Positions 56,023-64,000 of a DNA stretch of 64,000 nucleotides are shown here, one piece after another (positions within the stretch are counted from its first letter, which is position 1; each line of letters starts with the position of its first letter). A program made the position numbers and the translations under genes. The DNA is from an uncultured delta proteobacterium (GTDB lineage Bacteria; Desulfobacterota; Binatia; Binatales; Binataceae): contig CAVQEQ010000004.1 in NCBI GenBank assembly GCA_963711565.1, positions 64,001 through 128,000 on the forward strand. Direction: 5' to 3'. Below the pieces are notes generated by a model that searched no databases, was not told the DNA's origin, and worked only from the letters and a program-made list of their open reading frames with translations.

Positions 56023-58440
56023 GTGTTCGTGATGTCGCTTGCCCGCATTCCGACATTCTCAGTCGTCGAGCGGAGCGGTGCGCGAGTAACTCTGCAAAGC
56101 GACGAAGGCCACGTCGCGCATTTTTTCGTGCTCGAGGAGGACATAGTTCGCGTAATGGCCCTTCCGCTTGGCCATCTGTGCTTTCCACGGACCTGGGCCA
56201 TAGCGCCCGGACTAGACGACGTTCCGTACCAAGGACGCGATCGGTTCGATCTCAGCGGCTTTGCGCTGCCCGATTTCGAGTTTTTGCAGCAGATTGACAC
56301 GCTCCAAATCACCACGGAGCTTATTCGCCTGACTGTTGACCTACGCGGACTGTTCTGCCGATGGGAGGTGCTGCAGGCAGGACGTTGGATACCTGTGGCG
56401 GCCGATAGGACGACCCAGAGCTACAACTTCGGATGGTGGGACAATCGGATTTATCACTACCTGAACCGTGAGGCTGACGAACTGTATTTCGGCCTCGGCG
56501 AGCGCGCGGGTAACACCAATCGCGCCGGCCAACGCTACCGCATGACCAATATTGACGCGATGGGTTACAACGCCGCGTCCTCGGACCCTCTCTATAAGCA
56601 CATCCCGTTCTACCTGACCTGGAAGAAATCGTGCAAGACAGGATTCGGGCTTCTATACGATACGGTGGCGGACTGCACTTTCGATCTAGGGCGCGAACTG
56701 GATAACTATCACGGACACTATCGCTACTTCGTCGCAGAATACGGCGACCTCGATTACTACTTCATAGCGGGAGCCGGGATTGCCGATGTCGTTCGACGCT
56801 ATACCTGGATGACGGGTCGTCCGGCCTTCATGCCTAAGTGGAGTCTCGGCTATTCGGGCTCGACCATGACTTATACAGACGCGCCCGACGCACAGTCGCG
56901 GATGAACGAGTTTCTTATGCGTTGCGAGGAACACGATATTTTGTGCGACTCGTTTCACCTGTCATCGGGATATACATCTATCGGCGCCAAGCGATACGTG
57001 TTCAACTGGGACCGAGCCAAGTTTCCGGATCCTGCGGGCTTTGCGAAGCGATACCTGGATCACGGTGTTCGGCTGTGTGCGAATATCAAGCCATGCCTGC
57101 TGCGAGACCATCCACGGTTTGCCGAGGCGGCCGCACAAGAGCTGTTAGTCCGCGATCGCGATAGCAATCCCAGCCTTGTGCAATTCTGGGGTGAGCTAGG
57201 TGCTTACCTGGATTTCACGAATCCAGCCACAGTTGCGTGGTGGAAGGCGCGGGTGACTGACTCGCTACTCGCATATGGAATCGCGGCAACCTGGAACGAT
57301 AACAATGAGTTCGAGATTTGGGATCCGGCAGCGCGGGTTCACGGTTTCGGCGACGCCAGGCCGGCGGTCGAGGTTAAGACGCTACAAAGCTTGCTGATGA
57401 TACGAGCCTCGCGCGAGGCGCAGCGCGAGTTCGCGTCGCGGTCGCGACCGTTCCTTGTCACAAGAGCCGGCGCGGTCGGCCTCCATCGCTACGCGCAGAC
57501 CTGGTCGGGCGACAACTACACTTCCTGGGAAACGTTGCGATTCAACGTTAAGATGGGCATAGGACTCGCGTTGTCAGGGGTGTCGAACATCGGCCACGAC
57601 GTTGGTGGATTCGCGGGGCCCGCTCCTGATCCCGAACTATTTCTACGCTGGGTGCAGTTCGGAATATTCATGCCGCGCTTTACGATTCACTCGTGGAACG
57701 ACGACGGCACCGTCAACGAACCGTGGATGTATCCGGAAGTCACTTCCTACATTCGCGAGCTGATTAAATTCCGATATCGGCTGATTCCTTATCTCTATGA
57801 TCTTCTCTGGCGCTACCATCGCGACTACTCTCCAATTATAAGGCCCACCTTTTACGACTTTCCCGACGATGATCGTTGTTACGCAGAGAATGACGACATG
57901 ATGCTCGGAGATAGTCTGCTGGTAGCCGCCGTGGTCGAGCCGGGCCAGCGCACCCGCGCAGTGTATCTTCCCGAGGGTGCCGGCTGGTACGATCTCTGGT
58001 CCGGCGCGCATTATCAAGGAGGTCAGGAGATTACGCTCGACGCGCCGTGGGAGCGCACGCCGTTGCTTGCCCGGGAAGGCTCGGCGATTCCCCTCAATGT
58101 CGCACAGCAGCATTTTTCGAGGCGCGCCGATCGGCGCGGCTTCGCGATTTTCCCGCATTGTGGCGAGGGTAGGTTCGTTAGCGAGTGTTTCGAAGATGAC
58201 GGCGAAAGCGAGACTTACCGGGACGGCCATTTCGGGACGTGGCGATTGACTATCGAAAGCTCGGCCTCAGACTTGTCGATTCAAATCGAGCGCCTGGGAG
58301 AAGTGCCGGTGGCGAAGCAGGACATAGAGTTTCTTTTGCCTCGCTCTGAGACTCGCCGAATCCGTCTCGACGGAGGAGTGCTGCTGAAGGACGACGGTGA
58401 AGGACTTAGTCGTAGCTTGATTATAAGGCTCCAGCCCTGA
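56023..58440 (+). CDS. glycoside hydrolase family 31
   Basis: GLGERAG, DPLYKHIPF, TWNDNNE nucleophile motif, TWSGDN, GHDVGGF. Confidence 0.92.
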   Translation: MFVMSLARIPTFSVVERSGARVTLQSDEGHVAHFFVLEEDIVRVMALPLGHLCFPRTWAIAPGLDDVPYQGRDRFDLSGFALPDFEFLQQIDTLQITTELIRLTVDLRGLFCRWEVLQAGRWIPVAADRTTQSYNFGWWDNRIYHYLNREADELYFGLGERAGNTNRAGQRYRMTNIDAMGYNAASSDPLYKHIPFYLTWKKSCKTGFGLLYDTVADCTFDLGRELDNYHGHYRYFVAEYGDLDYYFIAGAGIADVVRRYTWMTGRPAFMPKWSLGYSGSTMTYTDAPDAQSRMNEFLMRCEEHDILCDSFHLSSGYTSIGAKRYVFNWDRAKFPDPAGFAKRYLDHGVRLCANIKPCLLRDHPRFAEAAAQELLVRDRDSNPSLVQFWGELGAYLDFTNPATVAWWKARVTDSLLAYGIAATWNDNNEFEIWDPAARVHGFGDARPAVEVKTLQSLLMIRASREAQREFASRSRPFLVTRAGAVGLHRYAQTWSGDNYTSWETLRFNVKMGIGLALSGVSNIGHDVGGFAGPAPDPELFLRWVQFGIFMPRFTIHSWNDDGTVNEPWMYPEVTSYIRELIKFRYRLIPYLYDLLWRYHRDYSPIIRPTFYDFPDDDRCYAENDDMMLGDSLLVAAVVEPGQRTRAVYLPEGAGWYDLWSGAHYQGGQEITLDAPWERTPLLAREGSAIPLNVAQQHFSRRADRRGFAIFPHCGEGRFVSECFEDDGESETYRDGHFGTWRLTIESSASDLSIQIERLGEVPVAKQDIEFLLPRSETRRIRLDGGVLLKDDGEGLSRSLIIRLQP

Positions 58441-58453
58441 AGGCGATTTAGCA

Positions 58454-59740
58454 ATGGCTTCATCGACGCTATCGCTGCAACGGTCAAGCGGCTCCTATAT
58501 CGGGCCCTCCGAGGTGCGTGAGCTAATCGCAAAGGCATGTCCTGTCGAGCAGTATAGAGGCAAGAAGGTGCTCTTGCTTGTCCCGGACGCGACGCGCACC
58601 TGTCCGCTCGGGATGTTCTTCAAAGGGCTATTCGATCAAATTGGCGGCGTCACCACAGCCTTTGGCGTAATGATCGCGCTCGGCACTCATCCGCCGATGA
58701 GCGATGAGGCGATCCGCAGACGGCTCGAAATATCGCACGAGGAGAGCGCCACCCGCTATCGTTCGGTGCGCTTCTTCAATCACGCATGGGATAATCCAGA
58801 GGAGTTGCGACCTATAGGACGCATCACGGCAGCCGAGATTGAAGCGCTTAGCGACGGACTGTTCTCGATGGACGTGGCCGTCACCGTGAACCGGCGGCTA
58901 TTCGATTACGACCAGGTAATTATCGTCGGGCCCGTGTTCCCCCATGAGGTAGTCGGGTTTTCCGGCGGTAACAAATATCTGTTTCCCGGTGTTAGTGGTC
59001 CTGAAGTGTTGAATTTCTTTCATTGGCTCGGCGCTGTAGTGACTAATCCGATGATTATCGGTAACAAGTATACGCCGGTGCGGAAGGTGGTCGATCGCGC
59101 GGCTTCGATGCTTACGGTACCGAAACTTTGCTTCTGCCTGGTGGTCGAGGATGGGCAACTCGCCGGAGTCTTTGCGGGGTCGCCGGAGGACGCATGGGAC
59201 CAAGCGAGCGACCTATCAAAGGCACGACACATTCGTTACAAGGAAAACCCCTATGACACTGTACTGTCATGCGCGCCGAGTATGTATGAAGACTTATGGG
59301 TAGCCGGCAAATGCATGTACAAGCTGGAGCCAGTAGTAGCGAACGGTGGAGAGGTAATCATATATGCTCCGCATATCCGCGAAATTTCATATACGCACGG
59401 TCGCCTGATTCGACAGATCGGTTATCACTGCCGAGACTATTTCCGTAAGCAGTGGGATAAGTACAAAGCGCTGCCATGGGGAGTGCTGGCGCACTCAACG
59501 CACGTGCGCGGTATCGGCAGTTACGACAACGGCGTCGAGCGCGACCGGATACAAGTAACCCTCGCGACCGGGATCCCCAAGGAAGTATGTGCGGAGATCA
59601 ATCTTGGCTATCGCGATCCGGCGACGATTGATCCCGCCGACTACGCGAATCGCGAGGACGACGGTGTTCTAATGGTGCCCAAGGCTGGCGAGACGTTGTA
59701 CCACCTCAGGCAGCGGCCCGCGTGGGCGCGCGAGATGTAG
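58454..59740 (+). CDS. LarA-family nickel-pincer-dependent 2-hydroxyacid racemase/epimerase homolog
   Basis: VPDATR, IALGTH, FNH, PHEVVGFSGGNK. Confidence 0.85.
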   Translation: MASSTLSLQRSSGSYIGPSEVRELIAKACPVEQYRGKKVLLLVPDATRTCPLGMFFKGLFDQIGGVTTAFGVMIALGTHPPMSDEAIRRRLEISHEESATRYRSVRFFNHAWDNPEELRPIGRITAAEIEALSDGLFSMDVAVTVNRRLFDYDQVIIVGPVFPHEVVGFSGGNKYLFPGVSGPEVLNFFHWLGAVVTNPMIIGNKYTPVRKVVDRAASMLTVPKLCFCLVVEDGQLAGVFAGSPEDAWDQASDLSKARHIRYKENPYDTVLSCAPSMYEDLWVAGKCMYKLEPVVANGGEVIIYAPHIREISYTHGRLIRQIGYHCRDYFRKQWDKYKALPWGVLAHSTHVRGIGSYDNGVERDRIQVTLATGIPKEVCAEINLGYRDPATIDPADYANREDDGVLMVPKAGETLYHLRQRPAWAREM

Positions 59741-59773
59741 CGTTATGGTGAGGTTAGGGCGCGAAGGTTTCTT

Positions 59774-60583
59774 ATGACCGACCTATTCGACCTGTCTGGA
59801 GAGGTTGCCGTGGTGATCGGCGGGACCGGAGTGCTGGGCGGAGTGATGGCGGAAGGCCTGGCCAGCGCCGGCGCACGAGTCGCGGTTGTCGGCCGCAATC
59901 GCGAGCGCGGCGACACTTGCGTGCGGCGGATTCGAGCGATTGGCCGCACCGCGGAGTTCTTCTTTGCCGATGCGCTCGAGCGGTCGAGCTTGCGCAGTGC
60001 TCATCAGGCGATTACGTCGGCTCTCGGCGCGCCGAGCATTCTCGTTAACGCGGCCGGCGGCAACGACTCGCGCGCGACAGTCACGGCTGAGCGGCCGTTC
60101 GAAGCGATTGAAAGCGACGACTGGCGGGCGAACTTCGACTTGAACCTGGTCGGCGGCGCGCTGATACCCTGCCAAGAGTTCGGCGCGGCGATGGCGACGC
60201 GCGGCAAGGGAAGCATCATCAATATCGCGAGCGTCGCGGCTCACCTGCCGTTGTCGCAGGTGGTGGCATACTCGGCGGCGAAGGCGGCGGTGCTGAACCT
60301 GACTCAATTTCTGGCGCGCGAATGGGCGCCGCGAGGTGTCCGCGTGAATTCGATCACGCCCGGGTTTTTTCCCGCACAGCAGAACCGCAAGCTGCTAGTC
60401 AACGACGACGGTTCGCCAACCGCTCGCACCCGCGCCATCCTCGGACATACCCCGATGGCGCGACTCGGTGAGCCGCACGACCTGATCGGGGCGTGCATCT
60501 TTCTCGCCAGCTCCAGAGCCAGCGGTTTCGTTAGCGGCGCCGACATTCGAGTTGACGGCGGCTTCCTCAGTCAGACGATCTGA
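59774..60583 (+). CDS. SDR oxidoreductase, D-mannonate oxidoreductase (UxuB-like)
   Basis: GGTGVLG, NAAGGN, YSAAK, PGFF..QNRKLL...ILGHTPMAR, VDGGF; in an operon with uxaC. Confidence 0.8.
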   Translation: MTDLFDLSGEVAVVIGGTGVLGGVMAEGLASAGARVAVVGRNRERGDTCVRRIRAIGRTAEFFFADALERSSLRSAHQAITSALGAPSILVNAAGGNDSRATVTAERPFEAIESDDWRANFDLNLVGGALIPCQEFGAAMATRGKGSIINIASVAAHLPLSQVVAYSAAKAAVLNLTQFLAREWAPRGVRVNSITPGFFPAQQNRKLLVNDDGSPTARTRAILGHTPMARLGEPHDLIGACIFLASSRASGFVSGADIRVDGGFLSQTI

Positions 60584-60586
60584 CAT

Positions 60587-62851
60587 TTACTGGCGTGTCA
60601 TGGCGGCGCGCACTTGCGCGTCGATCTCGCGATCCTGCGGTCCGGTCGGCAATTCAAACACCACGCTCAGAATCCGCCCCGGGTACTCGAACGGCGCTTC
60701 GTACTCCGCGTTGATCGGCGAAAGACTGCGGCCGAGGTCCATACCGGTGCTCGAAAGTATCCGCAGCAGATTTGCGATTTGAGCTTCTCCCACCTGAACG
60801 CCGTCGATCAACAGCGTCGTGCGCGCGGCGGTCTTGTCAGTCTTGTCGATCTTCACCTCGATTTTGTGGCGTCCCGCGGCCAGTCGAGTCTCCGACGCGA
60901 TCAGGGTGTGCTGATGAAAGCAGTTGTAGTCGAACTTCAGCCGGCCCTGTTTCACGTACAGCACGAATCCGCTGTTGCTGCTGCCACGCGAAATGAGCGC
61001 GCCATCTGCGTCGGCGGATGGGTGATCGAGTTCGACGGTCATGGTCCAGCCACGCGCGGTGGATGGACACGCGTCGGCGACGATGTGTGATATGGGCGGA
61101 TAGTAAACGAAGCGCCGGCGCGAGGTTGGCAGCCCCGGCCGCATCGCGGCGCGGAACAGCATCGCGGCGCCGCGGTCGTCGAGCGGTAGCACGCCGTTGC
61201 GCTCCGCCTCGGCCCACCACAGATCAACCATCTCCTTGAGGCGCTTGGGCTCGGCGGCGGCCATGTCGCTGCACTCAGAAAAATCTTCGTCGAGGTGGTA
61301 AAGCTCCCACTTGTCGTCGTCGAATGGTGTGCCCGACTCGTGATGCGTTACCGCCTTCCAGCCACGATGCCAGATTCCCCGATGCCCGAGCATCTCGAAG
61401 TACTGCGTGGTTCGCGCCGTTGCCGCGTTCGGATCGCTAAGCGCAGGCGCGAGACTGGTGCCGTGAACAGGCATCTGCGGGACACCGGCGACCACGCTCG
61501 GCGGCTCGATCTTCAGCAGATCCATCACAGTCGGCGCGAGATCGATCGCATGGCAGAATTGGCGGCGGATTTGTCCCGTCGTTCCGAGCTTCGCGGGCCA
61601 GTGAATAATCAGCGGGTCTCTTACACCGCCGCCGTGGGTATTCTGTTTGTACCACTTCAGCGGAGTGTTCCCCGCCTGCGCCCATCCCCACGGAATGTTG
61701 CTGTGGCTATTGGGTCCGCCGATATCGTCGAGCCGTGCGACCGCCGCGTCGAGGTCCTCGCGCATACCGTTGAAGTAGCGCATCTCGTCGAGCACGCCGA
61801 GCGGGCCGCCCTCCTGGCTGGCGCCGTTGTCGGACATCACGATGAGCAGCGTGTTGTCGAGCAGGTCGAGCTCTTTGAGAAACGCGGTAAGGCGCCCAAT
61901 CTGCGCGTCGGTATGATCCAGCATCGCCGCGAACGCCTCCTGCAATCGCGCGGCGAACAGACGTTCCTTCTCCGAAAGCTGCGACCATGGCTCGACACCC
62001 GGATTGTGCGGCGCGAGCCGCGTGTCCTTGGGCACAACGCCGAATTGTTTTTGCCGGGCGAACCATTCCTCACGCGCCGCATCCCAGCCAGCATCGAAAC
62101 GTCCGCGATATTTTTCGAGGTACTTTCGCGGCGACTGATGAGGCGAATGAGTCGCACCGAATGCCAGGTAGAGAAAGAACGGCCGCTCGGGCACCAATGA
62201 TTTGGTGTCGCGAATGAAACCCATCGAGCGATCGACGATATCCTCGGACACGTGATACCCGTCAGCGACCGTACCGGGAGTATCGACGAAATGATTGTCG
62301 GAAGTCAGTTCGGGATAGAACTGATCGGTTTCGCCCTGCAGGAAGCCATAGTAACGATCGAATCCGCGCTGGAGCGGCCAATTGTGCAACGGTCCCGCCG
62401 CGGTGCATTCCGCCATCGGTGCCAGATGCCACTTTCCGGCGGCGAACGTCGCGTGACCGTGATCGCGCAGAATTTCGGCCAGCGTCGCGGCGGAGCGTGG
62501 AATCGCGCCACGCATGTTAGGAAAGCCGGTGTCCATGTTCGAGATGGCGCGCATCCCGACCGCGTGATGATTGCGTCCCGTGAGCAGGCACGCGCGCGAC
62601 GGCGAGCACAGCGCGGTGGTGTGAAAGCCCGTGAAGCGGATACCCGCGCCGGCGAGCTTGTCTATATTGGATGTCTCGATCGTCGAGCCGTAGCAGCCGA
62701 AATGCGCAAAGCCGCTGTCGTCGAGCACCACGATCACGACGTTCGGAGCACCTTGAGCGAACTTCGGCTCAGGCCACCACGGTTTCGACTCCGCCACAGT
62801 GCGACCGATAACGCCGCCAAATTCTTCGCCCGACGGATGCTTGTACGACAT
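60587..62851 (-). CDS. arylsulfatase (Cys-type formylglycine enzyme)
   Basis: PNVVIVVLDD, CSPSRACLLTG, GKWHL, SDNGAS, WELY. Confidence 0.93.
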   Translation of the reverse strand: MSYKHPSGEEFGGVIGRTVAESKPWWPEPKFAQGAPNVVIVVLDDSGFAHFGCYGSTIETSNIDKLAGAGIRFTGFHTTALCSPSRACLLTGRNHHAVGMRAISNMDTGFPNMRGAIPRSAATLAEILRDHGHATFAAGKWHLAPMAECTAAGPLHNWPLQRGFDRYYGFLQGETDQFYPELTSDNHFVDTPGTVADGYHVSEDIVDRSMGFIRDTKSLVPERPFFLYLAFGATHSPHQSPRKYLEKYRGRFDAGWDAAREEWFARQKQFGVVPKDTRLAPHNPGVEPWSQLSEKERLFAARLQEAFAAMLDHTDAQIGRLTAFLKELDLLDNTLLIVMSDNGASQEGGPLGVLDEMRYFNGMREDLDAAVARLDDIGGPNSHSNIPWGWAQAGNTPLKWYKQNTHGGGVRDPLIIHWPAKLGTTGQIRRQFCHAIDLAPTVMDLLKIEPPSVVAGVPQMPVHGTSLAPALSDPNAATARTTQYFEMLGHRGIWHRGWKAVTHHESGTPFDDDKWELYHLDEDFSECSDMAAAEPKRLKEMVDLWWAEAERNGVLPLDDRGAAMLFRAAMRPGLPTSRRRFVYYPPISHIVADACPSTARGWTMTVELDHPSADADGALISRGSSNSGFVLYVKQGRLKFDYNCFHQHTLIASETRLAAGRHKIEVKIDKTDKTAARTTLLIDGVQVGEAQIANLLRILSSTGMDLGRSLSPINAEYEAPFEYPGRILSVVFELPTGPQDREIDAQVRAAMTRQ

Positions 62852-63249
62852 TGACTTTTCCTCCCATGCGTCTCTTCTGTGATGACCTCTATCAATCAAA
62901 TCGGATCAGTTCCACGCCCTCGTGCGATCAGTGGACGTACGGTGTGTTCACAACCATCTGCATGACTTTGGACGCCTGATGATACTGGGACGTACCAAAA
63001 CGCCGGCTACGGAGCTGGCTTGGGAAGTATTAGTTCGGATTACTAACACGACGGTGCTGTGGAGCACGTCCCCAGGCGAATGCCGATGGAAAGTTCGTCG
63101 ATGTTAGTGAGACGCTAGCAGTGGTCCCGCAGTTGAACGTCAACGGCAGCGAATCCGATCCAGGCTGGTCAAGAGCAAAGCGGCGACGGTAGTGACCGCG
63201 AAAAACATCCAACAGTTAGTCAATCAAGAATTGACAAGGAGTATGCATC

Positions 63250-63738
63250 ATGGTTCTTTTCACTCATCCAGCCGTACGCGCAGCTAGCGTTGCGGTAACT
63301 CTTCTTGGCGCTATCGCTCTCGCCAACCCTTCCTTTGCGGCTTCAGATTCGCAGCAGGCGATGGCGTCCACTGAGGCGGAACCTGCCGGCGGCACCGCGG
63401 TCGAGGCCCGCATCAAGGACCTGCACAAAAGGCTGCACATCACCGAGGCGCAGAAGCCGCAATGGGACAACCTTATTCAGGTGATGCGCGAAAATGCGCA
63501 GGCGATGACGGATCTTCAGAAAGAGCGGGCTGCGGACGCGCAGTCGATGAGCGCTGTCAACGTCATCAAATCCTACGAATCGGTCATCGCAGCGCATGAA
63601 GACGGAATGAAGAAATTCGTGCCGCCGTTCGAGGCTCTCTACAACACCATGTCGGACGCGCAGAAGAAGACTGCCGACTCCCTGTTCCGCTCGCGCGAAA
63701 AGGTGTCGGCCGCAAAACAGACCGCAGCCAGCAAGTGA
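63250..63738 (+). CDS. Spy/CpxP (LTXXQ) family periplasmic protein
   Basis: Signal peptide; LHITEAQKPQW, LYNTMSDAQKKTAD; RBS AGGAG. Confidence 0.85.
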   Translation: MVLFTHPAVRAASVAVTLLGAIALANPSFAASDSQQAMASTEAEPAGGTAVEARIKDLHKRLHITEAQKPQWDNLIQVMRENAQAMTDLQKERAADAQSMSAVNVIKSYESVIAAHEDGMKKFVPPFEALYNTMSDAQKKTADSLFRSREKVSAAKQTAASK

Positions 63739-63769
63739 AGCGGGAGCGATCCCGCGAGGTAGTGAAATA

Positions 63770-64000
63770 ATGCAAGTGTCGATTAAACCGAAAGGAAAAT
63801 TACGCTCGAAGATAGTCAGAGTTGCGGCGGCGGTCGGGTTTGTCCTCGTAATTGGCAGCTTCGGGGTCGGACCGGCTGGAGCCGCCGACCATCGCGGCGG
63901 TAACAACCACGCCGCAGCTCAGCATAACAATAACGGTAATCACGGCAGCTACCGCGGAGGCGGTGGTGGTTACTGGGGCGGCTATGGCGGCAACTATTAC
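63770..64000 (+). CDS. exported Gly/Asn/Tyr-rich protein (runs off the window end)
   Basis: MQVSIKPKGK...signal AGA-ADHRGGNNH...GGGYWGGYGGNYY, open to 64000. Confidence 0.7.
   Translation, partial: MQVSIKPKGKLRSKIVRVAAAVGFVLVIGSFGVGPAGAADHRGGNNHAAAQHNNNGNHGSYRGGGGGYWGGYGGNYY

Noticed and set aside
1-64000. CRISPR array, tRNA/rRNA, integrase, phage or defence genes
   Set aside because: No regularly spaced repeats, RNA-gene signatures or such protein motifs were recognised by eye

Overview
GC-rich bacterial DNA. The gene families suggest a soil Deltaproteobacteria-like or Ca. Binatota-like organism; this is an inference only. The window is a mosaic of short gene blocks. The centrepiece (about 7.9-32.6 kb) is a self-contained hybrid biosynthetic cluster: fatty acyl-AMP ligase, one-module PKS (ACP-KS-AT-DH-KR-ACP), two-module NRPS (C-A-T-C-A-T-TE), MbtH, type II thioesterase and Sfp-type PPTase. 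It is followed by an exported DUF3108-like protein and an AurF-like diiron enzyme, and faces a convergent operon for a flippase-like membrane protein, a LolA-like carrier, two LolE/FtsX-like permeases and a LolD-like ATPase. Hand-read A-domain pockets (DARHMGVIDK, DLEDLGAITK) suggest one acidic and one basic residue, i.e. a zwitterionic lipo-dipeptide exported by a Lol-like system. Other blocks: a decayed aromatic-oxidation operon, stress and small secreted proteins, two lipase-maturation-factor paralogs, a ferritin-like/LLM pair, and a kdp operon with a sensor-less sigma54 activator where kdpDE usually sits. There is also a uxaC-GH31-LarA-homolog-SDR hexuronate operon and an arylsulfatase. 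Several single-base lesions may be real decay or sequencing error. No rRNA, tRNA, CRISPR array or intact transposase was recognised.
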